A stretch of 64,000 nucleotides of DNA from an uncultured Acidobacteriota bacterium. Its GTDB lineage: Bacteria; Acidobacteriota; Thermoanaerobaculia; UBA5066. The notes beneath the pieces were generated by a model. That model worked only from the letters and a program-made list of their open reading frames with translations, did not search any database and had not been told where the DNA came from. A program made the position numbers and the translations under genes. The stretch's first letter is position 1. Each line of letters begins with the position of its first letter. The stretch spans positions 1,184,001 to 1,248,000 of the forward strand of contig CAVZYA010000002.1 of NCBI GenBank assembly GCA_963779415.1, read 5' to 3'. Below are positions 31,237 to 41,536 of this stretch, piece after piece.

Positions 31237-32394
31237 GTGAGCTACTCGCGCCTCACCGGCCTCTCCTGCACGAAGTGCTCCGCGCACTACGACGCCGCCC
31301 GCCTCCTCAACGTCTGCACGGCGCCGGCCTGCGGCGGGGCGCTCGTCGCGGATTACGACCTCGGGACTCTCTCGAAGGACGACACGGCCGGCCGCGACCG
31401 GACGATCTGGCGCTGGCACGAGCTGATGCCGGCCCGGAGCGCGGCGGAGATCGTCACCCTCGGCGAGGGCGGAACGCCCCTCCTCCGGGCCGAACGCCTC
31501 GGGGCGCGGCTCGGGATGGCGGACCTCTGGATCAAGGAAGAGGGAGGCAATCCGACCGGGTCGTTCAAGGCCCGCGGGCTCGCGGCGGCGGTGACGATGG
31601 CGAAGGCGCTCGGCGCCACGGCCCTCGCCCTCCCGACGGCGGGGAACGCGGGGGGCGCGGCGGCGGCCTACGCGGCGAAGGCGGGGCTCTCCTGCCACGT
31701 CTTCATGCCGAGAGACACGCCGAAGCTCTTCCGGATCGAGTGCGAGGCGTACGGGGCGGCGGTCACCCTCGTCGACGGCCTCATCGACGACTGCGGCCGG
31801 ATCGTCGCCGCACGCAAGGACGCCGAAGGGTGGTTCGACGTCTCGACGCTCAAGGAGCCGTATCGCGTCGAGGGGAAGAAGACGATGGGGTACGAGCTGG
31901 CCGAGCAGATGGGCTGGACTCTCCCCGACGTCGTCGTCTATCCGACGGGGGGCGGCACCGGCCTCATCGGGATGTGGAAGGCGTTCGACGAGATGGAGAC
32001 GCTCGGCTGGATCGGCCCGAAGCGCCCGCGCATGGTCTCCGTCCAGGCCGAAGGGTGCGCGCCGATCCCGAAGGCGTTCGCGGAAGGGAAGGACGTCTCG
32101 GTCCGCGCCGAGAACGCGCGCACGTATGCCAGCGGTCTCCGCGTTCCGAAGGCTTTCGCCGACTACCTGATCCTGAAGATCCTCCGCGCGTCGAAGGGGG
32201 AGGCGGTCGCGGTGACCGACGAAGCCATGCGCGAGGCCGTCGCCGAGATGGGCGCCTCGGAAGGACTTTTCCCGGCTCCCGAGGGGGGCGCGGCATGGGC
32301 GGCCGTGAAGCAGCTCGTCCTCTCCGGCCGCGTCTCCCGCGACGAGCGCGTCGTCGTCTTCGACACGGGGACGGGGTTCAAGTACGTGGAGTGA
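31237..32394 (+). CDS. thrC: Threonine synthase-like PLP enzyme with N-terminal Zn ribbon
   Basis: TLGEGGTPL, NPTGSFKARG (PLP Lys), TAGNAG, EGKKTMG, PTGGGTG. Confidence 0.8.
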   Translation: MSYSRLTGLSCTKCSAHYDAARLLNVCTAPACGGALVADYDLGTLSKDDTAGRDRTIWRWHELMPARSAAEIVTLGEGGTPLLRAERLGARLGMADLWIKEEGGNPTGSFKARGLAAAVTMAKALGATALALPTAGNAGGAAAAYAAKAGLSCHVFMPRDTPKLFRIECEAYGAAVTLVDGLIDDCGRIVAARKDAEGWFDVSTLKEPYRVEGKKTMGYELAEQMGWTLPDVVVYPTGGGTGLIGMWKAFDEMETLGWIGPKRPRMVSVQAEGCAPIPKAFAEGKDVSVRAENARTYASGLRVPKAFADYLILKILRASKGEAVAVTDEAMREAVAEMGASEGLFPAPEGGAAWAAVKQLVLSGRVSRDERVVVFDTGTGFKYVE

Positions 32395-32454
32395 GGGGCT
32401 TCGCGCCCTCCGGGGCTGTGGCCCCGGATCGCGAACCGATGCGGGCCGTCAGGG

Positions 32455-32883
32455 TCAATGCCGGCGAAGGCGGCGGGACTCCGCCGCGGCGGCGCGATTG
32501 AGATGGCGATCGAAGGACGAAAACCGGACGTCGCCGCCACCCTGTAAGCGCAGCATGCTGTAGGACGACAGATGGACGCTGTCGTATGCGCGGAGGCCGT
32601 GCTCCTCGGCGAGGTCGCCCGCCGTACGGCAGACCGGTTCCGTCACCTGCACGACAAGGTAGCGCTCCCAGTCCTCTTCGAAGGCCGATCTCGCCCGCCG
32701 GTGCGCGGCCGGGGAAAGGCCTCGCTGACGGCGAAGACGGGCCAGAGCTGCTCTCGTTTCGGGATAGGCGAGAAGAGACGTCGCGACGACCGCCGCCCCG
32801 GCAACCTCGGCCCGGACGGCATCGGATCCTTCCTCCTCGACGTACAACTTGATCAGGCTGCTCGTGTCGAGGTAGAGAATCAT
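32455..32883 (-). CDS. vapC: VapC/PIN-domain toxin
   Basis: MILYLDTSSLIKLYVEE, LRAYDSVHL, FSSFDRHL; overlaps the antitoxin stop. Confidence 0.92.
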   Translation of the reverse strand: MILYLDTSSLIKLYVEEEGSDAVRAEVAGAAVVATSLLAYPETRAALARLRRQRGLSPAAHRRARSAFEEDWERYLVVQVTEPVCRTAGDLAEEHGLRAYDSVHLSSYSMLRLQGGGDVRFSSFDRHLNRAAAAESRRLRRH

Positions 32884-33149
32884 CGCCTGTTCTCGAACAC
32901 CGCCGAGGCTCCGCTTCCGCGGCGGGGCTTCGGAGCGTTCGGACATCCCGTGGGCTTGCCGCCGCCCCACGTGGCGATACCAGACGCGACCAGCGCGTTC
33001 GCCGCCTGCCGTTCCGGAGCGGCCTTCTCGATCCCCGTCACGACGGCCAGCGGCCGTCCCCGCCCGGTCACGACGATCCGCTGACCAGCCCGCACGCGCC
33101 GCAGGTAGCCGCTCAACCCGTTCTTGAATGCCCTGACGCCGACGTCCAC
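32880..33149 (-). CDS. Phd/YefM-family antitoxin
   Basis: VGVRAFKNGLSGYLRRVRAGQRIVVTGRGRPLAVV. Confidence 0.9.
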   Translation of the reverse strand: MDVGVRAFKNGLSGYLRRVRAGQRIVVTGRGRPLAVVTGIEKAAPERQAANALVASGIATWGGGKPTGCPNAPKPRRGSGASAVFENRR

Positions 33150-33164
33150 GAGTCACCCCCGAAC

Positions 33165-33195
33165 GTAGCTACATTACTATGCCACAAGTAGCTAC
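33165..33195. promoter_or_regulatory. Two palindromic GTAGCTAC boxes, probable toxin-antitoxin autorepression operator
   Basis: GTAGCTAC at 33165-33172 and 33188-33195 in the AT-rich region just upstream of the antitoxin. Confidence 0.7.
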
Positions 33196-33247
33196 ATCAA
33201 TCCCGCGACGGCCGTGCCGGCCTTGCCCCGGGCGGCGAGGCCGAGGC

Positions 33248-35563
33248 TCATGCTTTCACCAGACTCGAAGGAAGCTTCATCTGGCCAAGCAGGCTCTGGA
33301 ATCGTGGATCGGAGCGCAACGTCTCCCAGTCCCAGGCCACTCCGAGATGAACGAGCGGCGACTCGCGCCGCTCGAAGCTCTTTTCGAGCCACGCCAGCGC
33401 CCGATTCCTCTCCCCCGCATGGGCCCAAAGCCGCGCGATACGGATGGAGGGGATGTACGTCCGCTCCGACCGTGCCGTCAGAGCCTCGGCCGCACGCTTC
33501 ATCGCCCCCGGGTACCCCGACTCCGCCCCGCCCCGGTCGATCGCCTCGGAGACCTCACGGTCCCCGATCAGCGCGAAGAACTTCTTCGCGGCCGAGAGGG
33601 CCTCCTCGGCTCGTGACTGTGCATGCAGGGCGCCCCAGAGACCCATCTGCGCGGACGGGAAGTTCGGCTCCACCCGGACCACCTTCCCCAGCCGCTCCAT
33701 CGCCTCCTCGTACCGGCGCAGGTAGATCAGGTGCCATCCGAAGAAGCACAGGACGAAGGGATTGAACGGATCGAGCTTCATGGCGGCCGCCGACTGTTCC
33801 ATGGCTTCTTCGGAGCGCTGCAGGGAGATCAGGAAATCGGAGTAGAAGAAGCGCGCCTCCGCGGAGTTGGGGTTCAGATGGAGCGCCCGTTGGTACTCGG
33901 CCTCCGCGCCTCCCCAGTCCCACTCGTAGAGGAACTTCAGCCCCGCGCGGCTGAGATGACCTTCGAATAGCGCCTCGTCCAGCTCGACCGCCTTCGACGC
34001 GGCCTCTCGCGCCTTCGGGAACGTCTCCGAGGGAGGAAGGATTCCGGAGTCTCCGCGGAGGAGCCAGACGTCGGCGATTCCCGCCTGTGCCGGCGCGCAC
34101 GCCGGATCCTTCTCGAGCGCCAGCTCGAAGTATCCGAGCGCCGTGTCGTAATGCTCGCGGGAGAGCTTGTACAGGTGATACCGACCCTTGAGGCAGGCGT
34201 CGTAGGCCTCCGCGTTGACCGGGCCGCGGAGGGACAGTCGCGCCGCCACCTTCACGCTCGCGGCCGACTGCACTTCCCGGGCGATCGCCTCGGCCACGGC
34301 TCCCTGCAGGGCGAGGACGTCCGCCAGGTCGCGTTCGTAGCTCTTCGCCCAGAGATTCATGTCGGTCGACGCCTCGATGAGCCGGGCGGTGATGCGCACC
34401 CGCGCCCCGGCGCGAAGGACCGAGCCCTCCACGACGGCGTCGACGTTCAGCTCCGTGGCAATGTCCGGGAGGGACTTCTCGGTCCGCTTGTAGCGCATGG
34501 CCGAGGTGCGCGAGATGACCCGCAAGGTTCCGATTCCCGCCAGGTCCCCGATCAGGGCGTCGGTCATGCCATCGGCGAAGTACTCCTGCTCCGGGTCCCC
34601 GGAGAGATTCGCAAGGGGAAGGACGACGAGCGACCGGATCCGCTTCCGCCGGCCGGCGCGTTTCGAGGGGAGCTTTCTCGCCCCCGACACGACGTCCGAC
34701 GAGACGGGGGCGCTCGTCGAGAGTGCCTGCAGCTCCGCCATCAGCTCCGCGGCCGACGGATAGCGCTCTTCGGGACGTTTCCTCAGGCACTTCAGGATGG
34801 CGTCTTCGAGTCCGGGAGGAATGCGGGGATTGGAATCCCCGGGCCTCGTCGGCTCCCGGTACTGAATGTCGGCGGCGAGAGCCGTCGCCACGGCGGCCCG
34901 GAACGGCCGCGCTCCCGTGGCCATTTCGTAGAGGACGACTCCCAGCGCCCAGAGGTCGCTTCGCGCGTCGGCCGGCTGGCCGCGCAGCTGCTCGGGCGCC
35001 ATGTAGGCGAGCGTGCCGGTCACCGTCCCCGCCGTCGTCAGCGCGGCCTGCGAGAGCGTCGTCGCTTCCGCCGCCTCCCCTCGCACCATCCGCTTTGCGA
35101 GGCCGAAGTCGAGGACCTTGGCGCGTCCCTCCGGTGTGATGACGATGTTCGCGCTCTTCAGGTCGCGGTGGACGACGCCGTGTCCGTGCGCGTGCGACAG
35201 CGCGTCGGCCACCTGGATTCCGAACCGGAGAATGTCTCCGAGCGGAAGCGCCCCGCGCGAAAGCCGGCCGCTCAGCGACTCCCCCTCGACCAGCTCCATC
35301 GCAATGAAGGTCTGGCCGTCGGCTTCGCCCACCTCGTGAATCGTGCAGACATGGGGATGGTTCAGTCTCGAGGCGAGACGCGCTTCCCGGAGCAGGCGCG
35401 CGCGCGCCGTCTGATCGGCCGAGGTCGCCGCTGGAAGAACCTTGATCGCCACCTCGCGTTCCAGCCGCGAGTCCTTCGCCCGGTACACCTCGCCCATTCC
35501 CCCCGCGCCGAGCGGGGCGACGACCTCGTATGGCCCGAGGCGAGTGCCCGCGGAGAGGCTCAT
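33248..35563 (-). CDS. Cytoplasmic Ser/Thr protein kinase with TolB-N-like and TPR domains
   Basis: LGAGGMGEVY, HRDLKSAN, DFGLAK, YMAPEQ; VLPLANLSGDPEQEYFADG; TPRs. Confidence 0.95.
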   Translation of the reverse strand: MSLSAGTRLGPYEVVAPLGAGGMGEVYRAKDSRLEREVAIKVLPAATSADQTARARLLREARLASRLNHPHVCTIHEVGEADGQTFIAMELVEGESLSGRLSRGALPLGDILRFGIQVADALSHAHGHGVVHRDLKSANIVITPEGRAKVLDFGLAKRMVRGEAAEATTLSQAALTTAGTVTGTLAYMAPEQLRGQPADARSDLWALGVVLYEMATGARPFRAAVATALAADIQYREPTRPGDSNPRIPPGLEDAILKCLRKRPEERYPSAAELMAELQALSTSAPVSSDVVSGARKLPSKRAGRRKRIRSLVVLPLANLSGDPEQEYFADGMTDALIGDLAGIGTLRVISRTSAMRYKRTEKSLPDIATELNVDAVVEGSVLRAGARVRITARLIEASTDMNLWAKSYERDLADVLALQGAVAEAIAREVQSAASVKVAARLSLRGPVNAEAYDACLKGRYHLYKLSREHYDTALGYFELALEKDPACAPAQAGIADVWLLRGDSGILPPSETFPKAREAASKAVELDEALFEGHLSRAGLKFLYEWDWGGAEAEYQRALHLNPNSAEARFFYSDFLISLQRSEEAMEQSAAAMKLDPFNPFVLCFFGWHLIYLRRYEEAMERLGKVVRVEPNFPSAQMGLWGALHAQSRAEEALSAAKKFFALIGDREVSEAIDRGGAESGYPGAMKRAAEALTARSERTYIPSIRIARLWAHAGERNRALAWLEKSFERRESPLVHLGVAWDWETLRSDPRFQSLLGQMKLPSSLVKA

Positions 35564-35688
35564 CGCGAACGCTTCCCCGGGTCGGAGGAAGGGGCGAGCC
35601 GTGCCCCCCGGCGCGTCGACGCTCGATCCGGCGGCCCGTCAGATTCGTGTTACTGCGGAGATTCTATTCCCCGGCGGAAAAGAGGGGC

Positions 35689-36114
35689 TCAGCGCCCGCC
35701 GGCGCGGTTCAGTAGGTCGTCGATCTCTCCCTGCCGGGCGGCGAGGCCCGTGGCGCCCCCTTCGCCCCGCGCGGCGGCCGAGAGATCCGACAGCGAGCTT
35801 CGCATCAGCGAAAGAGCCCTCGACGCGTCGTCGGAGCCGCCGCAGGCCGATTCCGCCGTCGAGATAATGGACGAGACATCCGACTCCGTCCGGCTCCAGC
35901 CGGCCTGATCCACGGGGGGGTGCGAGGCGGCCGAAACCGCGCTCGCGAGGCTCGCGTTCGCCCGTCCGGCGAAGAGGAGACAGTCGCTCGTGCCGGAGGA
36001 GACGGCCGCGCCGGACGAGCTCCCGACCCCGGAAGGCGGAGGCGCCTTCCTCTGGTTGAAGTAGTACCAGATGCCGCAGATGACGAGGAGGACGAGGAGG
36101 AGGCGGGTCCACAT
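35689..36114 (-). CDS. Membrane-anchored hypothetical protein
   Basis: N-terminal TM (MWTRLLLVLLVICGIWYYF), helical remainder. Confidence 0.65.
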   Translation of the reverse strand: MWTRLLLVLLVICGIWYYFNQRKAPPPSGVGSSSGAAVSSGTSDCLLFAGRANASLASAVSAASHPPVDQAGWSRTESDVSSIISTAESACGGSDDASRALSLMRSSLSDLSAAARGEGGATGLAARQGEIDDLLNRAGGR

Positions 36115-36227
36115 GCCGTCATCCTGCGCCGTCCGGGAGGAGAGCCGCAAGGGCTTTCGGCCGGAACCTAAGACCCGGGATCCCCGTATCTACCTTCGAA
36201 GACGTTTCCGAGCCGAAGGAGGCTGCG

Positions 36228-37406
36228 ATGAAGGAATCCCGGATCCGCCCGATCCTCCTGGCGCTGCTCGTCGCGGCGCTCCTCCTCATCCCGCTTTTCG
36301 CCGCAGCGGCCCCGGCGACGAAGGAGTTCCGAAAGGAGATCGCCGCCCGGCCCGGGCAGACGGTCTCCATCGAGAACCTCGCCGGAAAGGTCCTCGTCGA
36401 AGGGAAGAAGGACGGCCCGGTCGAGGTGGTCGCGACCCTTCATGCCGAAAGCGAGGCTCTTCTCGCCGAGCTGCCGATCGAGGTGACCGAAAAAGGCGAT
36501 TCGATCGAGGTGATCGCGAGGTACCCGGTCGAGAAGCACGACACCTTCCGCTACACGGCTGGCGAGGGGGGCGGCTCCACCTCCACGACGTATCTCGGCC
36601 ACCGGGTGAAGGTGGGCTCCGGCGCATTCTTCGGAGGCGTCGAGCTGTGGGCCGATTTCGTCGTCCGGGTTCCCGCCGGGACGGGCGCGAGCGTCCGGAA
36701 CGAGGTCGGGAGGATCGTCGCGACGAACGTTTCCGGGCGGCTCTCGGCGCGGACCGGCTCAGGCGACGTCCGGGTCGACGGCGGAGAGGGGGAGACGACG
36801 GCGCGTTCCGGAAGCGGCGACGTCTCGGTCAAGGAGCGGAAAGGGAACGTCGAGGCGCGGACCGGCTCGGGCGAGATCGCCCTCGCGGGGATCACGGGTG
36901 ACGTGACGCTCGACACCGGCTCCGGGAACGCCGCGGTGGACGACGTGACGGGAAACCTCGAAGCTCATACCGGGTCCGGAAACGTGACGGCGCACCGGGT
37001 CGCGGCGAGCCGGGTGAAGGCGAGGACCGGATCGGGCGAGATCACGCTCCGGTCGGTCTCGGGAAGCCTCGAGGCCCGCACGGGATCGGGCGAGATCGAG
37101 GGCGAAGAGATGACGGTCCGGGGCGCGCTCGACCTCGACACCGGAAGCGGAGACGTCCGGCTGGGAGGGAACTTCTCGGCGCTCACGGGGGCGCGTGTCG
37201 GGACCGGGAGCGGCGACGTCTCGCTGACGATGACGAAGGCGCCCGGGATGCGGCTGGACCTCGGCAGCTCCTCCGGGGAAATCCGGATCGATGTCGCGGG
37301 AACGAAGCTCAAGGCGGAAAAGAGGCTCGAGGTTTCGACGGGGGATGGCGCGGCGAACGTGAAGGTCCGGACCTCGAGCGGAAGCATCCGAATCTCCGGA
37401 TCGTGA
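36228..37406 (+). CDS. DUF4097/adhesin-like beta-solenoid protein
   Basis: Signal peptide, many (A/D)(R/T)TGSG(D/E/N)(V/I) repeats. Confidence 0.88.
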   Translation: MKESRIRPILLALLVAALLLIPLFAAAAPATKEFRKEIAARPGQTVSIENLAGKVLVEGKKDGPVEVVATLHAESEALLAELPIEVTEKGDSIEVIARYPVEKHDTFRYTAGEGGGSTSTTYLGHRVKVGSGAFFGGVELWADFVVRVPAGTGASVRNEVGRIVATNVSGRLSARTGSGDVRVDGGEGETTARSGSGDVSVKERKGNVEARTGSGEIALAGITGDVTLDTGSGNAAVDDVTGNLEAHTGSGNVTAHRVAASRVKARTGSGEITLRSVSGSLEARTGSGEIEGEEMTVRGALDLDTGSGDVRLGGNFSALTGARVGTGSGDVSLTMTKAPGMRLDLGSSSGEIRIDVAGTKLKAEKRLEVSTGDGAANVKVRTSSGSIRISGS

Positions 37407-37439
37407 CCGGAAGGGGCGCGAGGACGTAGACTTTCACCG

Positions 37440-38342
37440 GTGTCTGAAGAGTCCGGCCGGTTCACCGAAGAGATCGTCTTCGTCGACAGCGAGGACCGCC
37501 TCACCTTGCAGGGGCTTCTCTTCCGTCCCGCCACGCCGGTCTCCGACATCGCGATCCTCTGGATCCACGGCCTCTTCTCGTCGTTCTACGAGAACTCCTA
37601 CGTCTCGCTCGGCCGGGAGCTTTCGGGTCGCGGCTTTGCTTTTCTTTCGGGCAAGACGCGGGGGCACGACTTCGGAGCGACGCTCCGGTCGGCGGGCGGC
37701 GTGGCGGTGACGGCGGGCTCGTCGTGGGAACGGCTCGAAGAGTCGCCGCGCGATCTCGCGGCGTGGGTGGACTTCCTGGCCGCCTCGGGCTACCGGCGCG
37801 TCGTCGTCGCCGGGCATGGCCTCGGCGCACGGAAGGCGGCCTACTTCGCGGCCGAGCGGCAGGATTCGCGGGTCGTCGGCCTCGTGGCCGCCTCGCCGAG
37901 CGCGGCTAAAAACGCCGCCGGTGTGCTGACCGAGGACGACCGGAACCTTCTTGCCGTCGCGCGACAGATGGTCGCCGCCGGGCGCGGCGCCGAGCTTCTC
38001 CCGTCGATGGGCGTCGGGTGCCCCCTGAGCGCGGCGACCTACGTCGACCACGAGGACCCGGAAGAGGCCTTCTCGAACGTCTTCAGCGTGACGGGACACT
38101 CGCGAACGACGCCGTTCGTCGCGGAGGTGAAGGTTCCGATCCTCGCCTTCTTCGGCTCGCAGGAGCGGAGCCCCGACGGACGCGACCGCGGCGGCGAGCT
38201 GGGCCTCGTCCGGTACGGGGCGCGCGGGTCGCCGCTGGTCACCGTCACGCTCGTCCGGGGGGCCGACCACTGGTACACCGGGAAAGTCAGCGCGGTGGCC
38301 GACGTCATCGCGAAATTCGTCACCGGACTCGCCGTCTCCTGA
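37440..38342 (+). CDS. Alpha/beta hydrolase fold protein (nucleophile motif reads GHGLG)
   Basis: WIHGL, TRGHD, AGHGLGARK, GADHWY. Confidence 0.8.
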   Translation: MSEESGRFTEEIVFVDSEDRLTLQGLLFRPATPVSDIAILWIHGLFSSFYENSYVSLGRELSGRGFAFLSGKTRGHDFGATLRSAGGVAVTAGSSWERLEESPRDLAAWVDFLAASGYRRVVVAGHGLGARKAAYFAAERQDSRVVGLVAASPSAAKNAAGVLTEDDRNLLAVARQMVAAGRGAELLPSMGVGCPLSAATYVDHEDPEEAFSNVFSVTGHSRTTPFVAEVKVPILAFFGSQERSPDGRDRGGELGLVRYGARGSPLVTVTLVRGADHWYTGKVSAVADVIAKFVTGLAVS

Positions 38343-38374
38343 CGATCGCCCCTTTCGATAGACTCCGGGACACC

Positions 38375-40005
38375 GTGGCGACCGAGTGGGATTACGTGAT
38401 CGTGGGCTCGGGCTTCGGCGGCAGCGTCAGCGCGCTCCGGCTCGTCGAGAAGGGGTACCGCGTCCTCGTCCTCGAGAAGGGGAAACGCTTCACGCCCGAC
38501 GAGTACCCGAAGACGAACTGGAACCTCCGGAAGTACTTCTGGCTTCCCTCCCTCGGCTGTCGCGGCCTCTTCAGGATGACGTTCCTCCCGCACGTGACGG
38601 CGCTGACGGGCGTCGGCGTCGGCGGCGGGTCGCTCGTCTACGCGAACACCCTTCCGATCCCAAGCGACGATTTTTTCGCCTCCCCGTCGTGGGGGCACCT
38701 CGCCGACTGGAAGCGCGAGCTGGCCCGGCACTACGACACCGCGCACCGGATGCTCGGAACGGCGCGAAACCCGCTTCTGACCCCGCCCGACGAAGTGCTT
38801 CGCGACGTCGCGAAGGAGATCGGACGCGAGTGGCATCCGACCGACGTCGCGGTCTGGTTCGGGACGCCGAAGGAGACCGTCCCCGATCCGTTCTTCGGCG
38901 GCGAAGGGCCGGAGCGGACGGGGTGCGAGTCGTGCGGCGGCTGCATGATCGGCTGCCGCCACGGAGCGAAGAACACGCTCGACAAGAACTACCTCTGGCT
39001 CGCCGAGCGGCGCGGCCTCGTCATCGAAGCCGACACCGAGGTGACGTGGGTGAAGCCTCTTCCGGCGGGCGGCTACGAGATCTCGGCCCGGCACGGCCGG
39101 TCGATCCTTCCGGCGCTCCGGAAGGCGAAGACGTACACGGCGAAGAACGTCGTCTTCGCGGGCGGGGTCCTCGGCACCGTCGAGCTGCTCCTCAAGCTGA
39201 AGGAGAGCCCGGACGGCCTGCCGAGCCTCTCGGACCGGCTCGGAGACTTCGTCCGGACGAACTCCGAGGTCCTGATGGGGGTCGTGAGCGAGAAGAACGA
39301 GGACCTCTCGGTCGGGATCGCGATCGGGTCGATCATCGAGACCGACGAGCACTCCCACCTCGAGCCGGTCCGGTATCCGGCAGGTTCGGGCTTCTTCCGG
39401 CTGCTCGCGATGCCGCACGCGCCGGGCGACACCGTGACGCAGCGCTTCGCGAGCGCCCTCGGGATGCTCCTCCGGGAGCCCCTCCGGACGCTGAAAGCGT
39501 GGGTCACGCCCGACTGGGCGAAGCACACGATGATCCTTCTCTACATGCGGACGATCGAGGGGACGCTCCGGATGAAGCTGGGGCGCGGCATCCGGACGGC
39601 CTTCCGCCGCGGCGTCACGACGGGCGACGGAACGGGGCCGCAGGCGAAGGCGTGGGTCCCCGAGGCGACGGAACTGGCGCGGAAGGTCGAGAAGCGGCTC
39701 GGCGGATTCACGCAGAGCCTCCTGACGGAGACGCTCCTCGGCATCCCGACGACCGCTCACATTCTAGGGGGATGCTGCATGGGGGACTCGAAGGAAAGCG
39801 GCGTCATCGACTCGCGCCACCGCGTCTTCGGCTACGACGGGCTCTACGTCATCGACGGCTCGGCCATCTCGGCGAACCCCGGCGTCAACCCCTCGCTGTC
39901 GATCACGGCCCTCGCCGAGCGGGCGATGACCTTCATCCCGTCGAAGGAAGGCGCCACGCTGCCGAAGCCCGCGCCGCTCCCGCCTCGCTCCTTCCCGCGG
40001 CGTGA
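38375..40005 (+). CDS. GMC oxidoreductase, cholesterol oxidase (ChoD-like)
   Basis: IVGSGFGGSVSALRL, GVGGGSLVY, CMIGCRHGAKNTLDKNYL, TAHILGGC, NPSLSITALAERA. The true stop is probably TGA at 40005 after a missing C near 39980. Confidence 0.88.
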
Positions 40006-40076
40006 CGCCGTTCAAGACAAGGGGGTCAGGTCTCAAATTTCTATTATAGACTTCGGGGAGGCATTCCTTGAGGACG

Positions 40077-40304
40077 ATGCGGCGCAGAGACACGGTTCTT
40101 CCCTTCGTCGCGGACGCGGCGGCCCGGGGGAAGAGCGTCGGTCGGGTGCACGAGGACGGGTCGATCACCTTCAAGGGGAAGCGGTACCGTTCGATCCGGG
40201 AGCTCCCGCCCGAGTGCACGGCCTTGCGCGGAGACACGGCCACGTATGCGCGGTGGGCAAAGCTCTTCCGGGCGGTCGACCCGAAACGGAAGCGGTCCAA
40301 TTGA
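40077..40304 (+). CDS. Small hypothetical protein
   Basis: GAGGA SD, 75 aa, GC3-rich codon usage. Confidence 0.55.
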   Translation: MRRRDTVLPFVADAAARGKSVGRVHEDGSITFKGKRYRSIRELPPECTALRGDTATYARWAKLFRAVDPKRKRSN

Positions 40305-40322
40305 GACGAACGCGGGAGACCG

Positions 40323-41526
40323 TCAGCGCTTCCTGGCCGGAGGCTTCGCCCGAAAAGCCTCCGCTCCCGTTGTAAGGAAGAGCGTGATCGTTCCGTCCGC
40401 GCTGTCGGCGGTGACGATGTCGCCCTGGCCGTCGCCATTGAGGTCTCCGATGGCGATCCCGTCCGGGCGGTGGCCGGTCCGAAGCGTCGGGCCGCGTCGG
40501 AGGCCGCGCTTTCCGCCGTAGAAGATCGTCACGTCGTCGCCGACGTAGTTCGCCGTGGCGATGTCGCCGATCCCGTCGCCGTTCAGGTCGCCGATCGCCA
40601 CACGGGCCGGGGCGTGTCCGGCCCGGAGCGGCGAACCGGGAGAGGCGAGAACCTGCCGTTTCCGTCGCCGAGAAGTACGTTCACCGCATCGAACGACGAG
40701 TCCTCGGGATGTCCTCCCCAGTTGCCGACGACGAGATCGAGCCGGCCGTCTCCGTTGACGTCGCCGATCGCGACGCCGAACGGCTTCCCGCCGGCCGGGA
40801 AGGGAGAGCCCGGAGCCTGTACGAAGGCGCGTTCCCCGCAAGAGAGAAGGACCGTCACGCTCGCCCCGTCGAGGTTCGTCGTCACGATGTCGGCCCGCCC
40901 GTCGCCATTCAGGTCCGCGGCGCGGACCCGCTGGTACGGATGAGGGCCGACGTCGAAGGTGGTCCCGGGAGAGGTGAAGCCCCCTTTCCCGTCGCCCCAG
41001 AGGACCGTGACCTTGTTCTCGCCCCAGCTGTCGGTCACGAGGTCGAGATTACCGTCGCCGTCGAAATCCGCGGCGGCGACGCCGTGCGGATGCGGACGGC
41101 TGTGAACGGTGAGGGGCGACGACGGCGACGGGTGAACCTGCCTCGCCCGTCGCCGAGGAGGATCGTCAGGTACGACGTGTCGTGGTTCGCGAAGACGAGG
41201 TCCGGGTTTCCGTCGTGGTTCAGGTCGGCGACGGCCACGTCGTTCGGATTCTGTCCCGCGGGAAACGGGGAACCCGGCGCCGGCGTGAATTCGCCGCGTC
41301 CGTTCCCGAGGAGGACGGTGACGCCGTGGCTCCCGGCGTTCGCCACGACGAGGTCGGGTTTGCCGTCGCGATTGACGTCCGCGATCCCCACGCTGCTCGG
41401 CTCGCGGCCGACGGGGATTCGCCGAACCGTGAATCCGGAGACGTCGTCCCCGGGGGTCGGCGTCCCGGGAGCCGCCAGAGCCAGAAGGGCGATCGTGACC
41501 GGAACGAGCGCGGCGCGCTTCGGCAT
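40323..41526 (-). CDS. Secreted FG-GAP/VCBS repeat protein, multiply frameshifted
   Basis: Signal peptide; repeats (A/G)D(L/V)NGDGxxD(L/I)V..N...VTVLLGDG spread over ORFs 41035..41526, 40583..41038 and 40323..40841. Confidence 0.85.
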
Positions 41527-41536
41527 GATCGCCCCC

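Noticed and set aside
32455-33195. Phd-VapC pair as a marker of a mobile element or novel system
   Set aside because: Ordinary type II toxin-antitoxin module; no integrase, transposase or att-like repeats nearby.
36720-37400. Repeated ACCGGxTCGGGCGA-like units as a CRISPR array or DNA repeat
   Set aside because: They are degenerate in-frame codons for TGSG protein repeats of the DUF4097 solenoid, not identical repeats with spacers.
38018-40375. 785-aa extended GMC oxidoreductase
   Set aside because: The N-terminal extension overlaps the upstream hydrolase, and the C-terminal read-through is removed by restoring one C near 39980 (stop at 40005).
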